NCBI GenBank assembly: GCA_965644295.1
Contig: CBFFRP010000119.1
Span: 229,758-293,757, forward strand
Source: Paraphysomonas bandaiensis
Taxonomy: Eukaryota; Protista; Chrysophyceae
Direction: 5' to 3'
Length of the DNA: 64,000 bases
In this document: positions 52,651-64,000 of the stretch, in pieces
Position numbering within the stretch: position 1 is the stretch's first letter
How the letters are laid out: every line of letters starts with the position of its first letter
Notes under the pieces: model-generated
Databases searched by the model: none
The model's input: only the letters and a program-made list of their open reading frames with translations
What the model was told of the DNA's origin: nothing
Program-made: the position numbers and the translations under genes

Positions 52651-53858
52651 ATGTATTCTAGCAGTAAACTCGAGTTTGCCGTATCCCCCTTTGAAAACGA
52701 AGCTTCCAATGATGAAGTTGTTCCCACTCGAGCTGAAGAGAACAGAAACGCCACTGAGGAGCACATGGGAACTATCCTACTTGTTATGACACTAAGCAAC
52801 ATATGGAGCTTAGTGTTAGTATCCGTTCCGGTCATAACGTCTGTTGGATCGAATAATTTGTACAAATACGAGTGAGTTTCAGAGCTCTCTGATGTATGAT
52901 GTGTCATATTGTCCATTGCAGTGGGTGGTATCGCGGTGATGATATATTAAGAATAATTGAGCCTGTGGGCGGGTATGGTTTGGTGATAGATGTCGCGACT
53001 TTTTGTTTGATAGTTATATTAAACAGGCTAGTTTTCAACTTCTGGATATTTCAATCGTCTGGTATCTTTCTGAAACATTACTCAAGAGAGCTGCAGGTCG
53101 CCAGCATTATATTTATGATTGGAGCAGCCATGTACTGCCAAGGTGGAGGATTGCACACTGCCAGGTATTGACTCTCTAATGTCCACATTGTAGTTACTGT
53201 TAGTGTTCTTGTAGCAATATGTTTAAGCACCCGATTGAAGATTACAAGAAGATGAATCCAGATAAAGTAAGTTAAGTGATGATCTTTTTGATCTTTGTCT
53301 CATGTGTCTTGTACGCACTTAGTATCTGACGGACCTCATGTACTGGATGCGTACAGTGTGGCAACACATCATATCTCACTATGTAAGTTTTGTTATTTCA
53401 CTGATTCAGTACTGACTCACTGGCAGATATACGCTTCTGGTTACGCCCTCATGTCTGCCATGCAAGCATGGGCATTCAAAGATGTAGTACTACTTCAGAC
53501 TCCTCCTCAAAAAATGACGACTTTGCGCGCGCTAATTATATTTAACGCAGTTCTGTTTGCCCTTCTATTGTCTGGAGTGGCTATAGATTTTCCCTCTGGT
53601 TTAATTGTCGGGTTCCTTTACATTGGATTGTATGGATTTGGCATCATAGGAAGGTATGGTATATTCTATTGATAAAGTAATTGGTGAGTTACTTTTTACG
53701 GTAGGTACGTATATTTGAAAGATAACTTGACGGCATCGGAGTTCGGGAAGAGACCTGTGCTACACTATTTCCTTCTATCTTACGTACTTGCACTGTTGAT
53801 CATGGCCATATGGTGCGCATCTGTCGGGGGACTCAAAAAGTTACATGACGTGATGTAG
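52651..53858 (+). CDS. Multipass membrane protein of unknown function, multi-exon
   Basis: Hydrophobic exons separated by short GT-AG introns. Stop TAG at 53856-53858. Confidence 0.7.
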
Positions 53859-54264
53859 TATATGGGTGGATGGAATGTAGTACATTTATACTTCTGAAAT
53901 CATATAGTTATATTTAACCACGGGATAATATATCGTCTGGCGCTAAAAATTTGAAACGTGGGCGAAAAGCCCGAGTTTTGAAATTTGGACAAGGAACGAT
54001 ACTCCGGATCCCTATATTAATTTGTAGCTTATCCTCATGATGTTGTAAACCTAATATATGTAGAATGTATAGCTGTTTGTAGCCTGTTATTAGGTGTTCC
54101 GTGATTACCTAATGAAGCATTAAAGTATTGTTTCAAATCAAAGTGGTATCTATTCATAAGCTTGAGGAATGGTAATTGTACTAGATTAGCTCAAACCAAT
54201 AACCCCCCTAATTTTAAAAATAACCACAACACTAAAGTACCCCAACCACAGAAGGAGTGCGAGG

Positions 54265-54586
54265 TGTTGAGTTCTGCAATATATTGAAGTGAGTTAATAG
54301 TGTGCAATAGGTGAAGTCAACTCATAGGTGTAACGGGTGATTATAGGTACAAAGGAAATAAATTCAGTTCCTGATGTGTGACTATACAAGATATAGAACT
54401 GACTGATGAACATATGCTAAACAGATGTTGCTGAGAACAGATGTTTTATCAGATGCTACACGAATATGTAGTGAAGTGTTCAGAATTATAATTTCTTACT
54501 TGAAAGTGCATTGTGCTCAACATAGCAAAAAGTTAAGGTTTAGGTGTAGAGCAAAGTTAACTTCAGTGAAATATCCAATTCTAACA
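54265..54586. mobile_element. Solo LTR (322 bp)
   Basis: TGTTGA...CTAACA termini and a perfect 5-bp TSD CGAGG at 54260-54264 and 54587-54591. Confidence 0.88.
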
Positions 54587-54689
54587 CGAGGTATTGAAAC
54601 TCGTACATATATTGAAAATATTTGAAGTGTTTTTCGAAGTTCCGCTTATGAAGAAATATTGTTTGCAGTGTCGTCAATCTGATCTTCTA

Positions 54690-55680
54690 CATCAGAAGAA
54701 AGATGGAAGATAACTTGGAGAGATCTGCTTTGGAAAGTTGACTAATCACTAAGGTTTCTCTACAAACTCCTAATTGAACCAACTCTCTCACTTTGGAGCT
54801 CCCGCCATTGTCAAGATACTCACTTGCAGAGCCTGGACCTCCTTTCCGCAGGTTGAATGATTCTGGACAGGAACTATCACCGAAAGTGTTTTCGGAACAC
54901 AGTACCATTGCTCCCTCAATAATGTGCGTGGACTACGTACCATTGAAACAGAAGTTGTTACCCTCCTTCAACCGCTTTATACTGCCGCCAAACAAATGCT
55001 TCAAGATCGTAGTGGGAGTTATGCTGCTGCCAACCAGAGGGGGCCACAAAGACTCCCCCCTAGACCGCGGCAGCGACGTGGACACACACGAAGTTTCCCC
55101 AGCTCGCGCTCAAAATGCAGTAATACGCGATTTAAATTGAGGAACACCCAGAGAAAGCCGCGGGTTCTCCAATTACTAAAGCGGAAACCTAACGCAGCTT
55201 TACTTTTCCGCCACACCTGCCTCAGCGCAGAGACGCCACGACGCCAACTCCATCAGCTACTCCTCTTCCCAAGGCCCAACTCGCAGCTAAAGCCATTCCA
55301 AGACACGCAGGAGTCCCACATACCCCCTCGACCATGTATCTCAGTTCAATAACACTTGACTTACTGATACAGAACCCGCAGAGTCCTGAGGAGCCTTATC
55401 CGAAGGGGCGTCCTCCTGACTAAACCTTCTGTACCGTAAGGACTGACGTCCACAGAGTGCTTCTCCCTCGCAAACAAGAACGGAAGTGGTTGCACCTTGG
55501 TGCTTGCGTCGACGCAGAAGTAGCTTCTGTAGCGTTAAATAATAGGATATGAGAATTTATACTAGTTAGTTACTGGTAGAGGTCGATTTAGCTTGACTAG
55601 TCCTTATCTAACTACTCATCTGGTGTCCATTCTTGACGCCTACTGCTAGTAATAAGACTTTCACACACAATTGTGTAATA
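54690..55680 (+). mobile_element. Second LINE-like 3' remnant
   Basis: RAW...FWTGTIT and GLRTIETEVVTLLQPLYTAAKQM. The 3' block AAGAACGGAAGTGGTTGCACCTTGGTGCTTGCG is shared, inverted, with 36360-36396. Confidence 0.6.
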
Positions 55681-56019
55681 TAATACTTTTATATATATTG
55701 CCTGTCATGTTATAATTAAGATTTAAGATAGTAGATAGCTTCTGTTTGAACGGAATACTGATGTCGAATGTATGTACTAATATGAGCGATCTGAGGATAA
55801 TACTTTTGTAAGTTCTAGTTTCATATAGTCGGCTTTAAGTTACTACAACTTTGACGACATACATTTGCCCCCTACTCGTATTTAATTAAGCAAGGACTAA
55901 AGAATGAACATCTATATTCATGTTATAGATAACACTATGTGATAGTCCAACAGGCAATAGTTATTAGCGGATGACGAGCGCAAAAACACGTTAAGTTCTA
56001 AGTGTTTTTCTCTAGTACG

Positions 56020-57369
56020 CTAGTCCATGAGGTCATCAAGAGGATATTCCTCAAATGCAACCTGCGCATCCTTACCATCCCAGGGTTCAACCTTGGCAAT
56101 ATTAGGCATGCTAGCAATGGCGGCGGTTCGCTCACTACATATAATAATAGAGTAATTATCAATACTCAATGTATAAACTAAACATTACCTGCCGGACATA
56201 ACTCCATTCAGGAATGCCTTCACATTCTTCTCGCTCCAAGAGAGTTTTTGCACTGCGTATACGCTCTTCTCAACAGATAACACAGCAAGGGCAGGGTAGC
56301 CAAATGTGATACCCATTGCCTCCTCCAGCCGCTCTTGTGCTCCACCCTCAGACCAAAGAAAGGAGAATGGAGCGCCTCTGAGGCTTTTCGCCACGGATGC
56401 GAGAGTTGCAAGGTATCCTTCTCGCCCAGCAGCTTGAGAGTCGAGGATATGGGGCACGAACATTACCACGCATATCCTTCCGCTGGATCCGCATGCATCG
56501 TCGAAAACGCGTTGGCTGGTAATCTGCGGCATAGGTGGGGGTACCCCGGACTCCTCAAGCAGGTTGAGAGCGTAACTGACGATACCAGCAGCCTCTCTTG
56601 GTCCCTGGTAGTCCTGTGCCTTGCCCTTACGTCCAGGAGGGAAAACTTTGATGGTAGGATATCCTTTCACGCCGTATCTACTAGCCAGTGAGCTTTCCAT
56701 AGTAGCATCCACAGCACCTAGGCGCACTCCAGAGGGCTTCAGTTGGGAGGCCGCATTTTCCCACTCCGGAGCCAATGCTTTACAATGTCCACACCAAGGA
56801 GCGTAGAACTCGACCAACCACTCTTCCTCACTCTCCATCACTAAGGCGTTGAAGTTAGCCTCGTTCAACTGCACAACTGCACTTTCCGATGAGCGAGATT
56901 TCTTACTGCTGCTGCTGCTACTGGATTTAGAAGATGAACTTTTGGGTTTGCTACGGTCTTTCACCATCCGGGACACAGCTTTCATCGCCTCGCTGACCAT
57001 GGCAGTAGCACTGCGCTCACCTTGGTAGTCCTGAGGGGATTTCTTGTCCGAGGCAAATATCTTTATCGTTGGGAACCCTTGGATTTGATACTTTCTTGCT
57101 ATGGATTCGTGCGCAGTGGCGTCAATGGCACCAACCTTGACTACACCCTTCAGTAATGAGGCCGTTTTTTTCCATTCGGGAATCAGGTTTCTGCAGTGTC
57201 CACACCAAGGAGCGTAGAATTCAACCAACCACACCTCATCCCCCTTTAAGACTTGTTTCTTAAATTGGTCTTCTGTCAACTCCACCACATCGTCAGAAGC
57301 ATCATAAAATGCAGCTATGCCGGGGATAGCAAGGGCTGCACACGCCAACAGTAACACTTTTCTTATCAT
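56020..57369 (-). CDS. PDIA6: Protein disulfide-isomerase A6 (P5), 2 exons
   Basis: Signal peptide, two WLVEFYAPWCGHC thioredoxin domains, a b domain with GYPAL, and VEPWDGKDA. Confidence 0.95.
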
Positions 57370-57547
57370 TATATATATGGTATAAGTGATAGTGCTTGGG
57401 ACACTTATATATGATGATATGCAGACCCATACACGACACTTGTATGCATGCATGACGCTGTATAATACATACTGGATATTCTAGAATACCTTGCGAAATC
57501 GTACCTAGACACGTACAGAGTAGGTATGTACGTACATACTGTACATG

Positions 57548-57734
57548 CATACATACATACATACATACATACATACATACATACATACATACATACATAC
57601 ATACATACATACATACATACATACATACATACATACATACATACATACATACATACATACATACATACATACATACATACATACATACATACATACATAC
57701 ATACATACATACATACATACATACATACATACAC
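57548..57734. repeat. (TACA)n microsatellite in the PDIA6-Argonaute divergent gap
   Basis: Directly visible pure array. Confidence 0.98.
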
Positions 57735-58014
57735 ATGGCAAGAGTACAATGATATCCGGATATACCGGTAGGAACCTACACTATACTTCCGGGCCGTTCA
57801 GAACACAACCCAACAAGACAAAAAAATCAATCGCAGACTTTGGACAACAAAAACACATTTGTTCCAATCATCGGACATGAAGAGTGTGGGTGCAGTGCGG
57901 GTGTAGCATGTGTACACAGTGTTGTCGAGTCATATTCAGTCACAATTCAAGCGTACAAGTCAACTACAATAAATATTAAGCTAAGGACAGCTGAAGGACA
58001 GTAAACAAGTGATT

Positions 58015-61000
58015 ATGTCTGCATTCGAGGGGGGGCGAGGTAGAGGGGGAAGAGACAGAGGAAGAGGTGGGAGAGATGGAGGAGGTGGGAGAGGCGGGAG
58101 AGGGGGCAGAGGAGGGAGAGATGGAGGCAGAGGAGGGAGAGATGGAGGCAGAGGTGGGAGAGATGGAGGCAGAGGTGGGAGAGATGGAGGCAGAGGAGGA
58201 AGAGGTTGGTTGGTTACTAGTATACGTAAATATGCTAAGTCATAGTTTCACAGGAGGGAAAAATCGGACGATGGCTGAAGTTATTAGTATCAAAAATTGT
58301 TTGCAAGGCTCTGGAATGAGGAATAATGATATCCTTGCAGTTATCAATCCACCTGGTGCACAGCGTGTGCGGAATGTAGAAAACCCTCGTATGCCTGGTC
58401 ACGAGGAGTGGCGGAATACTCCCACAGTTGGACACGTACTTGATAATCAAACACAAGTCGTGCGGAGTAATCACTTTCGTGTTAATTATAACTTTCCCGG
58501 AATTCCCGGACGCTTCTACCAGTATCATGTGCATATAAAGCGGTATAGGTACAACGGTGAGTTATCCGAAGATGTGGCACATTCAGAAGACTATCGTGTC
58601 AACACGGCACTTGTGTTGCAGTTGCAGAACAGACACCCTGAATGGAATACCTTTGAAGGACGACCGGTCGGATTCACATATGACTCTCGGTCAACGGTAT
58701 TTACCACACATGAGTTGCCACTGCCAGGGGTTGGTGATGATGGAGCACCAACATTAGGCGAGGACATCCACGTTCCTAACGCTGATAATACCGATTCTAT
58801 CCGTAGATACCGTGTTATAATTACTTCCGCTGGCGATATTGTCTGCCCTGCTACTGATTTGGAGGGTTGGCGTAGAAACAGGGACCCTGCGCTCATCCGA
58901 GCCCTCGACTCGTGTTTGCTTTCTTTTGCACGCGCTGATCAAGGCAACGATGCCCCACAGTGGTACTTGGTGGGCAACAAGGGATTCTCATCTCGCGGCG
59001 AAGAACTATCTCTTAGTCCTGGATTTTTTGCCATGCGTGGATATTTTATGGGTCTAAAGACATGCATGGCGGGACTTGTACTCGTCAGTGACATGTCCGT
59101 CGCCGTTTTCCTCAACGGAGGCCCGCTGATTAATGTTATCTGTGATATTTTGGGGTTGAATCCCCAGGAATTGATTACGAGATATCGTTCTGGAAATATT
59201 TCCGGAGGTGCCGAACGCGAAGTTAACGACACCCTCAAAAATACGAAAATTAAGATTGTCCATCTGGGACATTCCCGAAAATTCAAAGAATTGGGACCTC
59301 CGGCCAACAGTAACAAGTCATCTTTTGAATGTGATGGACGGATGATTACAGTTGCTGATTATTATGTGAGTATGGCTAATCAGAGAGAAAGCTATATGCG
59401 ACATATGCATAACGGTAGGCTGAAATTTCCTATGCTCCCGACAGTGAATATCGGAAGCTTGAATCGTCCTATATTGGTGCCTATGGAATTGGTCACTGTT
59501 GACAAGGGGCAGAACTTCAACCGTAAGTGTACGGGCAAAATGACGTCACAATTTATTCGACACGCTGCGGCTCTACCGAATGACCGTTTTCAGTACTTGG
59601 TGGGAGCTACAGTCGGAGATACAAATGCTCTGCAACAATTGAGAGAATGTGAAAATGCAGGGGCCTTTGGTGTAAATAACTTCGAATCCGAACCTCTAGC
59701 TGTAAAATGTCGTCTGCTTCCACCTCCAAAACTCAGGTAACAACTTTATTTTCAAGGTGCATGTAAGCATGAAATAAGCGTGTACATACAGATATGCTTC
59801 CTGCAATATTAATCCAGGCCTGACGGGCGAGTGGAAAGCCATCAATGACACCCCTTCTAAGTTTGTGAAAGTTCCCATGCCCTCCAGGGACGGGAGCATA
59901 ATGTATGGCATTTTGTTGGTAGGAGGACTTTCTCGGGACTGGCGCACTCCAGTTGAAACATTTCGAGAAGCCTTCGAGCGCAGTTCAAAAGAATGCGGTT
60001 TGAATATTCGAAGCGGTGGATCGCCGTTAACCTGCAGTGACAGTTCAGAAGAGATCAGGAATCGGCTTTCTATGATGTCGACTGGGGGGGCACGCATTGT
60101 CATTGTAATTCTCTTGGGAGATTTTTACTGTGCAGTGAAATATGTTGCCGATACTATGGGGGTTACTACTCAGTGTGTTAAGTGGAAGAACGTTGAAAGA
60201 CCGCCACGCGGATTCCACGTAAACGTGCTGCTCAAAGTTAATACTAAGCTAGGAGGCACCAATCACACACTCACCTCTGTTCTTTCCCAAGGTGGCCCAA
60301 GCCGACCGTCTGAAAAGGTATTTCAGGACCCACCTGCCTCTCTTTCTTGGGTCTTTGATAAACATTGTATGTTGGTGGGTGTAGATGTTTGTCATTCCCT
60401 TATTGGTACCAATGGAAAGTCAATGGCGGCGGTGGTAGGTTCCTTTAATGGCCAGGCTAGTCAGTATGCAGCCCATATATCTGCGCAGCCCAACGGGGTT
60501 GAGATAGTGTCGGCACTTGAGGAAGCCATGACGGCGTTACTATCTACTTTTAAGGAACGCAACAATGGTGTTGTTCCGAAGCATATAATTGTATATCGTG
60601 ATGGTGTTGGTGATGCGCAGTTCGATGAGGTCCTTCAAAAGGAGTTGCCGTGTATTCAAAATGCAGTCGCAGCAATGGGGTCAATGGACAGTAAAATATC
60701 CATTGTGATATGCCAAAAGAGGCATAACACACGCCTTGTGTATGAGGAGGCACGAAACAAGTATATAAATTGTTGTCCAGGTCTTTGTGTAGACTCCTCA
60801 GGGGGGGATATGTCTATCGCCAGCGCAACGCTCAATGAGTTTTACCTTATATCTCACACTGCTATTCAAGGCACCGCGAAACCGTGTAAGTATTCTCTGA
60901 TATACGATGAGATTGGTATAAAGGTGTCAGAGTTGGAGCTGCTTACCTATTGGACGTGCTACTTGTATGCACGCTGTAATAAGTCTGTTTCGCTGGCCAC

Positions 61001-61130
61001 ACCTGCCTATTATGCCCACTGGGCCTCCCGCAGAGCCCATACTCTTATCGCTGCCGGTGCTACAGGTGATGAACTCAACGAAATATCCGGCATATGGTCC
61101 AGGAAGCAATCCACGATGTTTTTCATTTAA
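58015..61130 (+). CDS. AGO: Argonaute (RGG-N-PAZ-MID-PIWI), 3 exons
   Basis: RGG N-terminus, SNHF, TVADYY..P.LP.V...VPMEL, TQCV, KVNTKLGG.NH, GVDV.H, YRDGV, QKRHNTR, QGTAKP, PAYYAH and a terminal MFFI. Confidence 0.97.
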
Positions 61131-62091
61131 AAAGCTTGTGTCGTGCAAAGTATATCGCGAGAAGGTCTACACGTGTTTTTCAAAGCGTCTGTTCTTTGGC
61201 GTATATTATGTAGCATTGTAGTTTCAAATGAATGTATCTTCAGATCTTTGACTTGCATGCGAATAATTCTAAGAATGTCTACGGTAAAATATTATTAATC
61301 CGTGTATAAAATTGGACAACAAGCAATAGCAATCTTCGTTCATCAAAATTTTCTGCACTTGTCAATTTTCCTCATTCTGTCTAAAAAAGTGTGTTTTGAA
61401 TTGGGTTAACAGAACGCTCATAATAGCAAGCGACTACTATAGACATCAAAAACGTGGGTTTAGAGCCTAGTTTCGAATGTGTGCAGTTTAGTTGGCAATG
61501 TACCTCTGGGCGCCACTTGCTGATGCTAGTTGATCACTAGTTATGATGCCTGTCCAGAGTTGCGGCAATGTTGATGTTCAGGCTTGGTTAGAAATAATAT
61601 TCATTTAGAGAACTGGAGCTATTCAATAAGGTAGTTTTGTGTCTCGCCTGGTCGTTGTATAAGTATGTCAATTGGCCATCTAGGGTCAGCCAGTAGTGAC
61701 GTCATGAGGATAAGGATCTCCTTTCGTGTTCGGATATACCTCTGAGTGAGCTATTAGTTTTGTCTATATCTCTGAGTGAGCTATTGACATGACTAGCTGT
61801 CAATATCATAATTAAGATAGAAGATAGCACCTGATCATACTGAATATTGAAGTCACATACATGTCTATATTGCCCTGTGCTAATATGAGCGTTCTGTTGA
61901 ACCCGCAAATTGAGGATATCGCAAAGAACCCAACACTCCAATATCCAATCAACGATGCTTTCAGACCTTAGACAGCAGATAGACACAACCTTATACTGTA
62001 CAGTCAATATAGTTTAGCTAAGTTACTTCATTGCACATCATCAACTATATGTAATACCGATTGTGTTATAAACATTATAAATACCGTATTC

Positions 62092-63110
62092 CAGGGCCTC
62101 TGGTTACCATTAACGGCCAATTCATGGTAGTCCAGTTCTAGGCAATAATAATGGCATTATTAATGCCCATTAATGGCAATTAATATACCTACTAACTTAA
62201 AGTAGATAATACCGCTCATAATAGATAGTATAGTGCTCCCTTAATTACAAATTTATTTAAATATCAGGCTACGAATTGTAACTACATCTCGCTCTACACT
62301 GGCACATCAGGGCTTCGTGGAGGGTATAATCATCCCTCAACATGTAATTGGCTCGTAGAAATAGCAACGATTCTAGACGATATGGATTTATGTTTCTACG
62401 CTCAGGTGTCATAATCATCTTTGCACGAAAACAAAATTAGATTGTGCTTCAATATGAAGCAAGCAGCGGTAGTTGGACTCATAGGTACCAAGTCGAGCTC
62501 TCTTGGTGACCTCGGCGCTGTCCAGAAAATTGGTTCCTTCACTCTAGTCCTCGTTATTTCTGTCGGGTGCACCAACATCAATGGATGAAACCAGTTGCAG
62601 ATGTCTAACTGCTCTTCTCTTATTGCCTGTCAACTCTCTTTCATCGTTCACTTGAATTTTAGCCATCGTTGCTTAATATATATATGGTATAAATACAGCG
62701 TGTACTTTGCTTCTAGTTGTGTACTGTAGCTCCTTCCAACTTTGGGGTAAAATATTATATTTATGAATGGTTTCTCGGTAAAATATGCAAGTTTTCAATG
62801 ATTAGTTTAGAGTTTTTGGGTATAATATGAGTACGTTGTTATGCATATTGCTCAGGTAATTATTTTCTAACTCTAGAGAGCATTGAGGTTGCCACAAAGT
62901 ACCTGTAGAGTTGCATGAACATTGTTGTCTAATATTGTTTAGAGTTTCTTCGGAGTATAGAGGAGATACATTATACTACATTATCTTAAAAACACTCAGT
63001 TCTATATATAACAGTACATGTCATTAATGGCAGTGCAGTTCACGGCAATTGTAACAGCCTTTTCATTAATGGCCACTAATGCCATTACCATTAACGGTTA
63101 CCAGGTCCTG
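62092..63110 (-). mobile_element. Non-autonomous hAT element related to the 89-bp MITE
   Basis: Termini CAGGGCCTCTGGTTACCATTAACGG / CCATTAACGGTTACCAGGTCCTG. TSD CCGTATTC / CCGTATCC (7 of 8). Remnant AKIQVNDERELT. Confidence 0.8.
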
Positions 63111-64000
63111 CCGTATCCATTATTCTTGAACCAACGACTATATTTTGAAGCCTTAGAAATACAGCTTCTAACTGTTTACTCAGGAACAAACTCAACAACA
63201 TGTTTATATGACGAACAATGTCAAACGCTAACAACACCAAAATACAACTGTAATTGTTCCATACCAAACGTAAATTCAATCTATTTATCAATTTATTGTA
63301 AACTATTGAAATTTCAATAATTGAAATTGAGACCGCAAGTAATAATTGCAATTATAATTGACTCCAGATTGCTTCAATTAATTGATATAAAAATAAAACC
63401 TTTTATTACTGAAAAGTTGATAAATAAACGACATTTTTTATTGCGAAAATCCAATTTTAAAGATAAAAAACGAAGATTGATGAAAAGCTATAATACCCAT
63501 AGGATAATCTCACATAAAAATTGATTTAGTAATTGGTGATATGAGCGATAAACTGGCACCAGTGTTCTTGAGAAAATAAATGATTTAACGGAGAGACTGC
63601 AATGCTTCCAATGCATTTCGGTTTGATTGTTGATAAGTGGACATGCAGCAAGGAACACTAAAATTAAAATATATTTGCTCGCTGAGAATGAAGAAGATGA
63701 TGACAGTGATGTGGGCTTGCATACATATGTGTATGTGTGCAAAGCAATACCCAAGTACAGAAGTACAAAATAATGATTATTATCGTATAATGAATCATGA
63801 ATAATACTGTCTACAATATCAACGGCTAATAATACTGTCTACAATATCAACGGCTATTTCTAATCCCAACAACAATCACATTCCCTACAGTTTGTATTCC
63901 TAACTACATGGTACACGTATACAATACAGTACTGTACTACTAATCATATAATACAGGACAAGTACACGTATATATTCTATATGTAAGTGGATAGTCCTAC

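Noticed and set aside
38878-57880. Long MYVC/HTYI-repeat ORFs at ~39.0-39.8, 48.0-49.4 and 57.3-57.9 kb
   Set aside because: These are translations of the stop-free (TACA)n microsatellite in all frames, not genes.
58067-58250. MEAEVGE-repeat N-terminus of the 557-aa ORF
   Set aside because: It is an alternative frame of the RGG exon plus an intron; the true Argonaute start is ATG 58015.
61400-64000. AT-rich short ORFs and 28-30-bp tandem duplications flanking the last hAT element
   Set aside because: No recognisable motifs and multiple stops in all frames, so no call is supportable.

Overview
This is eukaryotic nuclear DNA, most likely from a flagellated stramenopile (chrysophyte/ochrophyte-like). 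That assignment is an inference from short GT-AG introns, a stramenopile-type RRGKWT Myb-like protein and CFAP69. I can support 19 apparently intact protein genes: AP-3 mu, mitoribosomal mS33, pyroglutamyl peptidase I, Myb-like, PCNA, SKA1, RPS17, MYND/MSS51-like, Ser/Thr kinase, CFAP69, PH/coiled-coil, PUS10, APH-1, RanBP2-ZnF, LAS1, CHZ-like, a multipass membrane protein, PDIA6 and Argonaute. Fourteen of them form seven head-to-head pairs. Mobile DNA lies only in convergent, tandem or downstream gaps. It includes a very young Ty1/copia element with identical 294-bp LTRs and a 5-bp TSD, solo LTRs, hAT derivatives with 8-bp TSDs, LINE-like 3' remnants and an unclassified insert with an 11-bp duplication. 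The copia is unusual: TA...CA ends, a gag ATG inside the LTR, and one in-frame stop between integrase and RT. The most striking non-coding pattern is three long (TACA)n arrays, each directly upstream of start codons and two of them inside bidirectional promoters. Exon boundaries and family calls were made by eye and by motif recognition; no searches were run.
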